A DNA stretch of 64,000 nt from Chlorokybus atmophyticus (taxonomy: Eukaryota > Plantae > Mesostigma and Chlorokybus algae): contig RHPI01001168.1 in the NCBI GenBank assembly GCA_009103225.1, positions 249,337 to 313,336 on the forward strand, given 5' to 3'. The notes under the pieces are model-generated. The model did not search any database, was not told the origin of the DNA, and worked only from the letters and a program-made list of their open reading frames with translations. The translations under genes and the position numbers were made by a program. Shown one piece after another: positions 46,982 through 59,469 of the stretch (position 1 is its first letter; each line of letters begins with the position of its first letter).

Positions 46982-49268
46982 TCAGAAGGTGTTGTTAGCT
47001 TTCTTCAGCAGGTGATCCACATCTGGTGTCAGCACAACACGATGACTGATATTGCCCAAAACATGGCAAGTTCCTACTGCTGGGTTGATGGCGGCTGCCT
47101 GCTGACTAAATGCACACTTTGCTCCAGGAACCACCTGCGGCAACACACAAAATGCACGCATCCAATGTCAGTGAGATGCTTGGATGCCAGGATCAACCTT
47201 GAGCCCACATGCAAGCACACTCCTGTGCTCGCTCACATCAAAAAGGACATCGCCGAGTTGAAGCTTGACAGCGCCACTTTCATATATGTGCATCTTTCCC
47301 ATCACTCCGCTTGGTAGACTCCCCAGTATTCCACGTTTAGACTCTGCAGGCATAGCCGCCACGTCGGGTCTTGTGTCTGCGCTGGCTGAGGCTTCAGCAG
47401 CTGTGCCACTCTGCAGGGACACTGGCAGCGCCGCTGGTAGCTGAAAAAGCAGTAACTGCTCTTCATCTCCGCCAGGCTTTGCAGATACAGCATGGTCAGA
47501 TCATGATGCGCTTGCACTACTACTGAAAACGATGGAATGGATGCAAGTTCCTACTGCAGTTGCTTGTTTACCATCAACTGAAGCTCGTTTGCAGCTGAGG
47601 CGTCGTCACCTTCATCACCTTCAGTGCTCTCAGGGCCTTCAATCATGTCTGCCATGTGATGCCAACAATCGTGTCACATACATACTTCTTACTGCTAGCG
47701 CCACACACATGCAAAGGCAACTAAGCAGCACCTGCTACTACGTGACCGGGTTGCTGTAGCGGCAAAGTCATGGGATAGTATTTGGAGTAATCCTGCGAAC
47801 AACACAGCAAGTCACGCAGTAAGTACCAGACAGCCTGCTGAAACCCCATATGTGCTGCAGCAGCGTAACAACTACTTACAAAGGCTTCCACAGCCTTCAG
47901 CTTCTTGTCATGAGCTGGCTTGACGTCCTTCATATCAAACTCTGGTCCTTCCTGTTCCTGTTTCACACGGACTGCACTGCCTGATGTGCCGTGTGCACCT
48001 GCAGTACTTGTGCCTGTGCCTGCATTGGTCAACAATGGGCTTGACCACCAGCATGGCTGAGGCCAATGTTGTCGCCTGCCAACATTACACTGCTTACCAC
48101 GAGCAGACGCTGACTTGTTTGCACTGGACATGGCTCTCTGTGTGGCATGCGAGGCAGCTGAGCCGTAGCCAAAAGCTACTTGCGCAGCCGGTGCGGCCCC
48201 TGTAAGGAAATGTTGTGTGTTTTGCATGCTCAGGTGCCTCCTCTGACAGTCATCTCAATAACCAAATGCAGCATGAGCCAGTCCATACCCTTGGATTGAA
48301 GACCCTGAAATGATCGCACTTTGGACCTGCTCGACTGGCTCTGCTTCGACTCCTGCACAAGGCAGCCAAGGTGGTCACATGCAAACATAAGCTCAACAAC
48401 ACCCAAGCGAGCCTAATCCAACTACACACTCTGCAAGCAGCCGACCCGGGTCACAAAGGAGTCGCTATTTACCTCGAGCAGATTTTTGATATCATCATCC
48501 GCCATGGCACCCTCTTCACCTCTGCAAGTACTGCAATGTCAGTCTAGACAATAAAGAAAGCTGTGACACTACGTTACAACTGGCGATTCAGTCAACGAAC
48601 ACCAAGAGAGACAGCGCAGGCACCATACCCGTCCAAGTCTGTCTTCCTCACTGCCCGGCGAGTAGGCACCTTAGGCATGAACTTCTTCTGCTCGTGCGAA
48701 ACACACTCAGCGTCAGAAGCACGGTGAAAGACAAGGAGACACAAAGAGAAGAGCGGAGAGGCGAGCACGAAGAGTGCATTAATCATGCAACAGGCAGAGT
48801 AACAGTACAGGTGCATTTTGTTGCTAACTTAACTTTCGGCATTGAGAGCACATTGCAGACGAATCGGCCATCATGCAGCTAACAGTCGCATGCAGTGAGC
48901 AGAGCTGAATACTAGAGGGATCCAACAGAGGGACACCACAAGCTCACCAAGCCCCACAGAGGCAGTGTTCAATTTTGTAGTGTCATTACCTTTTGTACTC
49001 CTCCACGTGTGAAGCCGGGCGTTCCTGCATGTTCGCCCGCAGAACCAGAAGCGGATGGACCTGAGACGGATGCCGGCACATCGTCGACGTCCATTGGTGG
49101 AGCGGCGGCAGCAGCAGCAGCAGCGGCGGCGGCAGAGTCCGGCTCTGCCGCCGGAACTCTGTTCGCAGCTGGCGGAGGCGAGCGCAGGCTACCCAGCCTA
49201 CCCGCAGGCCTCTCGGCGGATGCCGACAGCGGCGCCAAGCGGCGCCTGCCTCTTGGCGCCTGCGCCAT
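46982..49268 (-). CDS. RPC4: RNA polymerase III subunit RPC4 (C53/POLR3D); multi-exon
   Basis: KKFMPKVPTRR near the N-terminus, DYSKYYPMTLPL, LLFFQLPAALP, LPSGVMGKMHIYESGAVKLQLGDVLFDV|VVPGAKCAFSQQAAAIN...VLGNISHRVVLTPDVDHLL. Confidence 0.9.
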
Positions 49269-49664
49269 GGCGCCGCCGTCCGTCCACACTGCCAACAACC
49301 TGAACACCTTAACGCAACAGGGCGAGTGCTTAATGGGCTTTGCCTCCTTGAAGTCTTTTTGGGATAAGCCTGAAACCGGTTGCCGGTTTACGCACGGGCG
49401 TGAATATTCTGCTGATGGTCAGCCTATGGAGCCTTGTGATTCGGTGATTAGGGTTTGTGGCTGAGGGCGTTGCTGGTGGGCGGGGCCGGCGGCATTGGCG
49501 GTGGCGACGGCGGGGAGAGATTGGCTTCTTGCGTGCGCGTGCGTAGCAGGTGAGCAAGAAGCTCTGGTTGGAGATAGAGGTTTAGTGGAAGCAAAAGCTG
49601 CAGATTTGGCTATGAGTGGAGTGCACCACCGCCGCTGTCTCGCCCTTCCGCCCTTCTGGGCAGC

Positions 49665-51203
49665 ATGAGCAACCAGGCTTCTGTCTGGCACACACCCGAC
49701 ATTCACGGCACGTACGGCATCAGGTATGATGTTGGAACCGATGTGTATGATGATTACTTCTTTCTGCCAAGTCAGTTTGCGTTCGGACACGCAGAGCATG
49801 GTGGTTGTCGACCGCTGGCAATGCGTGTCGCGTTCTTGACACCGCCGGCTTCCTCTTGCCTCTGCTTGGCAATGTGCAGTGTTGGTATGTGTGCACTGAC
49901 ATGCAACCAATGGGTGCGTGTGTTCAACAGCGGGCAGCCCTCGCTGCAGCAAGAGCCTTCAGGCGCAGAGCAGCTTAGTGCGCTTCCTGCTCCGTCCCAT
50001 CCTTCCCTCACTCATCTACAACAAGCATCGCAGGTCAGCGCGCAGGCTACTTGCTGTTCACCACAAGCAATGCATGCCTCATGTCGATGACCTGTGCCAT
50101 GTGCTTCATTCCGCAACCATAGTGCACACAGAGCTGCTCTTGCTCTTGCTCTTGCTTGATCATCCGAAGCTAGCTGTGAATGCATCGTTGTTATAACTTG
50201 AAAGCTGGCTGGACTTTGGTGGAGGGCTTTTGCTGTCACTGCATTCATTGGTGGTTCTAGCTTCTCCCCCTGAAGCACCTACATGTTTCACAACAAAGAA
50301 TTTGCTGATCGCCACGGGTCGTCTCAATACTCTTCTGTTTGTTTTACACAGGAGGTCACAAAGTCGCAAGCCCGCAAATGTCACAAAGCAGACCGTGAGA
50401 AGCTGCGTCGAGACAGGTTGAATGACAAGTTTGCTGAGCTGGCCACACTGTTAGGTGAGAGAAACATTGCCAAAAAGCAGATCACACAGTGCTGCAAGTC
50501 TCTTATTGACAACCACTGCATGCTAAGATTCGTTTGCTTTTGGGGTGTAGTGGAGCCCGGAAATCCTCCAAAGACAGATAAGGCGAGCATACTGGGCGAC
50601 TCGCTGGCGCTCTTGAACAGTTTGCGAGCAGAGATCAACCGGCTCAGTGACGAGCAGAAGGCCCTGCTTTCGGAGCAGACAGAGGTACTTTGATAGCTTG
50701 CAAACGCCTACTGATGCATCCAGTTCAGTTCCTCGGTGGCTTGAATACGTTGTGGCTTTGTTTTGTAGCTCACGCAGGAAAAGGTTGAACTCAAGCAAGA
50801 GAAGTCGGTGTTGAAGTCTGAGACAGACCTCTTGCAAGCTCGTATACAGGTTTGTCGGTGTCTCGGCACGTTTGGCATGTGTACCGTGTAAAATAGCATT
50901 GTGTAGTACGGGCAGCGCCACAGTCCTTATTCGTTCTTCCTTCGCATGCACTGCTTGTTGTAAACTTTCTGTATTGTTGCCCTGCAGGCGGTTGCTCCAT
51001 GGATGGCAATGTCGCAAGCCCAGCACAGTGCCCCGCAGTACGCGATGTTCCCAAGCCCCATCCCGCCCGTGCCGCCCGATCCCGCGCAGGCGCACTCGAT
51101 GTTCGCAATGCCATCGCACATGCCAGCACCGTACCATTACCACCTTATGTCGATGCATAGCCAACGACCCGCAGTGTACTTCCCGACACCACTCTATCCA
51201 GCG

Positions 51204-51252
<49 letters not shown>

Positions 51253-51689
51253 TACAACAACAGCAGCAGCAGCAGTCGACAGAGTCAGATTCGCAGGTCC
51301 GGCTTGCAAGATGTTTATGCACTTGCCCTTTGGTTTTGGGCAATAACTGACTGTGTCCACTGTGATGTTAGACACAGACCCAGATGCAACCCTTGCACGC
51401 GTCTCCCGCCCCGCCTCATCAGCTGTTTGAGACGCAGCTGTCGTTGAGGCCTCCGCAGCAGGGCATGTCTACAGGCTTCCCCTACGCAATGGGGTTCCCG
51501 GGCGCACCCGCAGCTCCAACAGCACCCGGGATGTTCCTGGCGATGCCGCCGCCAGCACCAATCCAACTTGCGCAACCTCAGCCGGCAGCTTCTTCAGCAG
51601 CGCCACCCGCTTCCCAAGACGGCTCGGCCCAAGGACCCACTAGTCCTGAGGAATCTAGCTCACAGTTGTCCCCAGAAGAAATGACTTGA
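49665..51689 (+). CDS. bHLH transcription factor of subgroup IVb (bHLH121/URI, bHLH11-like) with leucine zipper and polyQ tract; start and 5' exons tentative
   Basis: ARKCHKADREKLRRDRLNDKFAELATLL|EPGNPPKTDKASILGDSLALLNSLRAEINRLSDEQKALLSEQTE|LTQEKVELKQEKSVLKSETDLLQARIQ; CAG/CAA repeat at ~51202-51273; stop at 51689. Confidence 0.85.
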
Positions 51690-52213
51690 CCCTATAAGAA
51701 ATACAGGTATAGCTGTTTTGTAGCTACAGTAGAGTAATGTGGTTTGCTGCGCAGCGGTGTTTGAGTAGTTGCTATAGGTATTTCCTTCTTTGTATTACAC
51801 CTCGGGGGGAGTTGCTTGTTGCTCTCTCGGTTTAAACCAAGTTGCCCGCATTTGCAGTTGTCCCACCACTGCAGGTTGTTTTGTGCTGTTTGCTCAAAAC
51901 CTCTGGGAAGGTACATTGCTCTTGTAGTGCCATCGAGTGAAACAACAATCTGACACTGAGCTGGCTGCAACAGTCCTGGTCAGAGATGCTGTGGCACTGG
52001 CTTGCTCTGGTTTAATCGTGCACTGAGGGAGTGAGTAGCTTTGCATTGCAAATTGTACTGTATGGCTAAGCAGCAGTTCAGTAGGCAAGGGGTCATGCAT
52101 GCCCGATGATATTGATCAACTGGTGAGTAATTAGAATTGATGCATGCATCAGAACACATGGCTTGGCCAAAACCCGAGTGCCAGCACTCCGTAAGCAGCT
52201 CCGCATGGCAATG

Positions 52214-54556
52214 TCACTCTTCCATCTCCAAGGCACGCTTCCTCCGTGCCTTGCTTTTGGCAACAACCCCAGCCTCCATCCCCTCCTCTTGCTTCCTTTC
52301 CCTCTCCTTCATGTCCTTCTTGCTCTTCTTCTTCTCCTCCTGTTTCTCCTTGCGCCTCCTTTCCCCCGCAGCGACGCTGTGGGGATCATAGTAAAAAGCA
52401 TCAGGCGGGGCGCCTTGCATGGAGCGAAGGAGGTTGATCTCGCGCGCGTACTTGTCCTTCCACACGTCCTTCGGGCCGTCGCCTTCGGGGTACGGGGTCT
52501 CGAGGATGAGGGGGATGCCGTCAAAGCGCATGTCGTTCATCAGGGAGTGAAAAGCCTCCAGACCTATGTGACCATCGCCGATGCTCTCATGGTTGTCACG
52601 CCGGCTGCCAAGATCCTGCTTGGAGTCGTTCAGGTGGCAGCCCCTCAAGTACCTGATTGGAGAACAACATGAAAGGACTGACAAATATATGCGCCTATAC
52701 ACGATGAACACTCTCTCTCTCTCTCAATAGGGCTTACTTGAAGCCCACTATGCGGTCAAACTCCTCCATGGTTTTGTTGAACGCTTCCCGGGTGCGAATG
52801 TCGTACCTGTGAGCCAACACTCCAACAAAGTCAACAGGACTTGTCACATTGACGACGGCATGTACTCATATTATCATCACATGGACGGTACCCTGCCGCG
52901 AAAAGGTGGCATGTGTCAATGCAGACTCCAACTCTGCTCTTGTCCTGGACGAGCTCGATGATGCCAGCGAGCTCTTCAAACCGCCAACCCACGCAACCAC
53001 CCTGTGCATTGCACAAATAAGCAGTGAATGTGCGCCTTCCACCTTGTGGTGACCAAACAAGGAAGGTGGTTGGGAATGTGGACCCGACAGTCACCTGTCC
53101 GGCTGTGTTCTCTAACACAACTGTGACGCCACGGGTCTGTGCAAGCGCCTCGTTCACACTCTGCGCAATGCTGCATACACGGGTGAGAAGGCTGTCCGTG
53201 ACAACAACAAACAACAACAAGGTAGGGGACCTTTGAAGGCAGTCCTCCACGGACACGAGCCCACACGTGCTGCCAGGATGCACGTTGTAGCGCGTCAAGC
53301 CCAACATCTCGCACCTCTTCAACCTAGACAAGGTGAGACATACTACTCTGTAGAACCAACATATTGATATGACATTCAGTTACACCACCACCACCACCAC
53401 CACCACAACAACAACAACAACGTTGTCTCACTCGTCAAGGAGGGCGGCTTTGCTCTTGCGCAAAACTTCAGGGTCGGGGCTGCCACAGTTGATGAGGTAC
53501 GACCCATGGGGCAGAATGACCTCATGGCCTGAGACGTTGTGTTTGTTGTTGTTGTTGGTGGTGGTGAAGTTAAACTCGGTGAGGGCGGAGTGGAAGAGCT
53601 CAATGTGCTCAGGCTGCGTGGGCGGACATTCCCACCGACGCTTACTTCTCAAGTCCATCGCAAACGCATCCGCCCCAATAAACACTGCGTAGAGGAGAGA
53701 ACAATCGCAACCACTTCTTCAACCACCACCACCACCACAACAACAACAACGGCGACAATGACAACCACCTTCTCCTCCCGACACCCACCAGCATTGTAGA
53801 CGGCGTGGTGGGGTCCACCGGCAGCACTCACATGCGCTCCAATGCGCTTGGTATTGTTGTTGTTGCTGCTGCTGCTGTTGTTCAAAGCTGCAAAGGCTTC
53901 ACGTGCGGCGTCCAGTACAGGCAGCGTGCCCGACCAACGGCGGCCTCCTGGCCGCTTGGTAGTGTGCTTTTCATGTGATGGTGAGGGCAGGTGCTCCTTC
54001 TCCACATCATCATCAAGTTGTTCTGGTGGTGTTGACACATGACGAGTGTGTGATGCATGTCGTGGTGGATGATGTGATATTCATTAACTCTGCACCTGTG
54101 ACGCGGCGATGCTTGCTGGCAGCTGCAATGTGGTCTTTGCTCTTTCTCCTGTATCTGGTTAAAGAGATGTCTGCTGCTGCTGTTGTTGCTGGCTCTTGTA
54201 CTCGTTGTTGCTTTGGTTGTTGTTCTATCCGCTGCTGCTCAACCTTAACAACCTTTCTTGTCTTGTCCGCTGCTGCGCAACATGTACACGAACACCATCA
54301 CCAACACAGAAACATGCACAAGACTGAGTAGTCCTTGCATGCATGCATGCGTGTTTACACACGACACGCATATAGTGTATACACTCTCATGCATCCAAGT
54401 TGTGCACACTTTTAGGCTGCGCGGAGTGGGATAAACGTGTGTACCTCTCCTCAAGGCGGTGGTGGCTGCTGCTACGGCGGTGGTGGTAGTGGTGGTGGCG
54501 ACGGTGGTGGTGGGCGGTGGCTGGTGCAGGGCGACGAGCCTGGCGCTCCTGCGCAT
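52214..54556 (-). CDS. APN1: AP endonuclease of the endonuclease IV (Nfo/Apn1) family with a low-complexity N-terminal extension; start tentative
   Basis: [42 protein letters not shown]|[14 protein letters not shown]|[31 protein letters not shown] and IPLILETP: the Zn-ligand motifs of endonuclease IV. Confidence 0.93.
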
Positions 54557-56897
54557 GCCTCTCCCTGCCGCCGCCGCCGCCAGAGCCAGCAGCAGTGGAG
54601 CTCCCGCCGCCGTCGCCGTGGCTGCTGCTGCTGCTGGGCCGCCTGCGAGGGCGACCCACTGACCTAGCGGGTGACCTCGGCGGTGTCGGCGGCGAGCACT
54701 GCCTGCATACCCTGCATGCCCAACGAGAGAACGAGCCACCTGGCACGGGTTTTCATTTAGTATTTCGGGCCCGGTTTCGAGTAAACACATTATCGGAAAC
54801 AAGCACTTCCATAGAAAAGCTCGAATTTCATCGAGTGCACTTCGGGTCACCGAATGCAAGTTTTTTGGGGAAACAATCAATGGCCGCAAGTCGCGGTCAA
54901 GTTGCCTCTCATGAACACATGCATTATAAGCATGCTTGCCAAGTAGAGCATCCAAAAATGAAATCCGATGCATTCTTCGATTAATGAGATGTGCAAAAGC
55001 TTGCGCGTTTCGCATGCATTGAAAACCACATAACAAGCTGTAACATCTTGTAAAGTGTTTAAATTAATGTTATATATTTTTAATATCGGTTATATATGTG
55101 ATTAAGTTGACCCCAACTGCTTAACAAGATCAACACAATAAAATACGATTTATAAATCATATATAATATAATTCACTACATTTAAGTATTTTAGCAAGTT
55201 GCGGATAACTCTTGCAAGACCTCATACATGGGAATCAACTTAAACGCAACCTAAATGAATTTGAGTGCGTACAATGCAAAAACGCTTGCGCGCTTTGCGT
55301 GTATGAGAAGCGAAACAATACTACCAATAGTGTCTTTTGCATGAGAGTAGACAAGCAGCTTATGTAAAAAAGATCAAATGCAACCAAAAATGAAAAATGT
55401 GCGAAGGCAAAGTTGCGCGCGTGCATATAGTATGTGTTCAATTTATTTGACGCTTGTGTGTAATAATCCGGATTATTTCAGCGTATAATATCATTATTGT
55501 GCATGTTTGTGATTGATAATAGATGTATGTTGCAGATCAATAAGCCTTGTTATTAAACGGTTTAATAAGACAGCCAGTCAGGGTCAAGTGTTGTATCTTG
55601 TTAACACACTTTAACAATAAGACACAAAGTAATTCCCAAGCAGAGTTAATACAAAATGCAAACTTTTTAAATTCAGGCGTAAATTGCAAAAACGCTTGCG
55701 CGCTTAGCGCAATACCGTATAACTTTATGCGCGTGACGTTTTGTGTGCGTAAAAAGACTTAATTGATCTCTTATGTGATATTACCGTACAAGGTAGTATA
55801 TATGTATATAGTTGTGTTCTAACAACTCAGATGTTAATAACTCATATATTTTTACAAAAATTTGGTAGTGTAATTTGTACCAATTTGATAATTAGCATTG
55901 AACAGCAGTTAGTTTAATTGGTCACACAATTAAACACAATTACATACATGGCGTAAATTGTTTCGAATTGTGCTTCTCGCCCACATATCATAAACATAGA
56001 CACACAACAATATTACTCTATGTATCAATTGATATACGTATATGCATCGATGGAGGGCACTTGATTTGCAATGTAATTCTTCGTACATGCATCAATGGAG
56101 GGCACTTGATATGAAATGTATGTGAAGTGAGGCAACATTGTAGAGTAAGGCAACATTAACTTTAACACGAGTACTGCTTGAGCATTTAAAAACATGTAGT
56201 TAGACTATGAGACTCAGTTAGACCAAGATACAGTCCTAGTCAGTCTAACTCTTAGACGGACTGACCGCTCGCTGTACACACGGTCAGCCAATAACCGGCT
56301 GACCGACCTTCATTGCCGGTCGCACCTGAATGCGGCATTAACATTTTACGTGTGTAACTCGTGTATTAGGTCGGCTAGGGAAACTGCCACCGTCGATCCT
56401 GCGTATTTACTAATCACAGAAGTAGATATGTAAAGCTTAAATCCAGTGTGCTATGCTGTGCCACACCAAACCAATCCCACGCCAAGTAACAAGACAAACA
56501 AAGCACACATGTAAAGGGGCCCAGAGCAGTGCTACGCTAATACGATATTAGACTTAACCGTAGAGGGTAGGGCAGGGCAGGGCAGGGCGGAGAGGGGGAA
56601 AGGGCAGTGATCACCAGCTGCGCAGCAGAGGTGTACATGATATATATCGTATAATAGTGTATGTACGGGTGTATACATAGTGTATATAGTATATACATAG
56701 CAGTGTAATGCAAAATAATTAATGTGTAATGTATTGAATGTATCATATATCAGCATTTATGTACGGGATGCTTATACATGATGCATTTGGCGGGACTTTG
56801 CAGTCGGGCCCGTCGTTAGTTGTCGTAATTGAATACAGCACAGTATTAACGTTGCATACTACCGACAATATTGGCAGCCGCCTCCTGCTACTCAATA

Positions 56898-57043
56898 CAG
56901 TTCCCCCCCTGGAATAATGTCCCCNNNNNNNNNNNNNNNNNNNNNNNNNNNNNNNNNNNNNNNNNNNNNNNNNNNNNCCCCCCCCCCCCCCCCCTCCCCC
57001 CCCCATCTAGAGTTCCCCTCTGCTTATTCAAAGGGGGGAACTG
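56898..57043. mobile_element. Tc1/mariner-type MITE with TA target duplication and a poly-C core containing an assembly gap
   Basis: TA|CAGTTCCCCCCCTGGAATAA ... TTATTCAAAGGGGGGAACTG|TA (18/20 TIR match); Ns at 56925-56977. Confidence 0.75.
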
Positions 57044-59469
57044 TATAGAAAGGTGGGAGCTTTAATGGGGTAAATACGGTACTGTCAATCATATCAAAGT
57101 TAGATGGTTGTAGCTAAGGCTAGTAAGAAGATTGACAACACGCAGGTCATTATACACATGCAAGTATCCGGTGTTAAGTAACCGCTTCATTGTTTGTAAA
57201 TCACACATTATCTTGCATATTTCAATTTATAATGCATTGTCAACTCACAAAACTTCATTATAAGCTTGTATGTTTGTTCAAATGCACATTGCAACAAATA
57301 GTGTTGATGCAATGTGCATTTGAACAAACAAATATGCGTCTCAATACTAATTTGATAGTTAAAAACAATGATATGACATGTTATGCATAACCCGATAATA
57401 TGTATCTGTGGTATTATACCAACTACGAGGACACCAAAGCGAGCATAGATTATTATGAATTGGTCTTTTTACAAATGTGAAATTATAAGACGTTTGTATC
57501 TCAACACCAAACATACTTGCACGAACGCATTGTTAAAGTGCATAAAGTAGCATGCGGTGCTCGATAACGCACACGCTTAATGCCGTTTTGGTAGAAGTAG
57601 AGGGGATGAAGCTAGCTACTTCAGCCATCCCAATACTATTAAGTTCAAATAACGTTAAAATGCAGCCATTCTCATTAAACGTGCTTGGGAGACACAGTAC
57701 TTCAGCCCGTATTCACATGAAACAAGCGCATTTAGAGCATATGCATTGTCTTTGCATATGCAAACAAGGGTTGCACTTAATAAGTTATGGTAATGCACAT
57801 ATTAACCGAATAAATGTATGTAGGTCAACATCATCAATGCTTGCTTGCTTTGAGCATATTTTTTGACAAACATGTGAGTGACAAAACAAACTTTGCGAGT
57901 ACAGTCGGGCATTGCTGCTGATCAGTCTGCCTTAAATTTGCTAAACCTACCTTAAATGCCTTACACGCAGATTAGACGACTGACTAGCCCCCATATCATT
58001 AATATAGTTTATAATTGTGAAATGATTTGAGAGTTATTTCATATGATCATCTTGTATGTGGTTGCCTGCTAGTATCTGTTCTATGCTGTATGACTGTTGT
58101 GTCTTTTTGCTACCAACTGAGGCCGCTCCATTTCACCCCCAAACGAGCGGTGTAACTAGACGTATTACAAAATTTGTTGCGCACGCTAAGCAGAGCAGCT
58201 TCAACATGACGTTGTTTGTCGACGGCGGCCCGCTGTACCGGGTACATTACATGAACACTGTGAGCGGAGCCATTGCACAATATGTCAATTCCTATGGTTC
58301 AACGGTAACATCAGCATTGTACACACCATTCACGCAGTGTTTTGTCTAATCAACCTTCAAATTGCAACTTAAGGTCATGGATAATCACATGCATATGCCA
58401 TTCTTATTCACTTAAGATGACCCATGGTCTTTCGCATAATATGTTGGTTTTGAATAGTTCACATTACTATTTACGTGTACAACAATGTTCAATCACACCA
58501 TTTGCTCCCAATTGTACAGGACATGCACTCGTAGTCATGGCCACAGCATAGAACTCACACATGCCACATACACCAGCGCTGCAACCCGCACCCACTATTA
58601 TAGTTGGAGGGCCTGGGAGCAGTTGGAGAAACACCTTGTATGGGCCATATAAAAGTACATATGTGGCGTAGCTTAATGGATAAATACACTTCGTGCATCA
58701 CATTGTTATACAGACCCACCTTGCATCCTTTGTACACATCACACCATTTGACCTGTCATGCACCTGAAAACGAAACAATAAGCAATTGGTTGTCATCAAA
58801 GAGTCTGGGACATCTACTAACCTGCCATGCACATCATAAAGCAGAAGTTGGTGGTGAGCAAACAGTGTCGTACAACTACTTGCAATGACATGGCTAATGG
58901 CAATGCGGACATACTCGATTAACTAACAAAACCCTGGGTGTGTACGGGGTACTCCAGCATACATGTTGGTTCAGCAATGGACATGCACATTGTTATTGCA
59001 CTGCTGCACATGCATGTACACCGCCATTACATAGCTGAACGCCATTCCGCTATTACAACTACTGCTGCTAAGCTGAATGCCTATTTTGAACATGTGTGCA
59101 GACTCTGCATTGCGGTGCATGGGACGCGTATCTGTTTTGAGAAACTGTGGTGCAGCTAAGTAGGCCCTGAAGTCTCCAGCCATTCAACATGGTGGTTGAC
59201 ATGCCTAAGATCCGCAAATCAACCAGCATGAACACCAAGCAGCAGTGCGCTGACAAGCAGATACCAAACAGGCTTTGCATAATGATATCGGAAGTCACTA
59301 ACAACACAACTCTCAACCGCCAGCGGGCTGACTGCAACCAAGGGCAGGAAAATCACGCTAATTCACACACGCACACACTACAGTAGTATCTAGGTAGGTA
59401 GTGGCACACGCAGCTAACACTGCGCCTTCTATGTGCCAATATAGGGAATACCACTACATAAATAGGTAC

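Noticed and set aside
932-52000. A metal/iron-homeostasis gene cluster (PLAC8, Fe dioxygenase-like, bHLH IVb)
   Set aside because: The genes are tens of kb apart, separated by unrelated genes and transposons; no evidence of functional clustering.
54960-55760. AT-rich block with repeated gcaaaaacgcttgcgcgct motifs as a DNA transposon
   Set aside because: Repeated motifs are visible, but I could not identify termini or a TSD.
58056-58888. Coding-like ORFs (FNMTLFVDGGPLYRVHYMN; GHIKVHMWRSLMDKY)
   Set aside because: No family recognised and no convincing splice structure.
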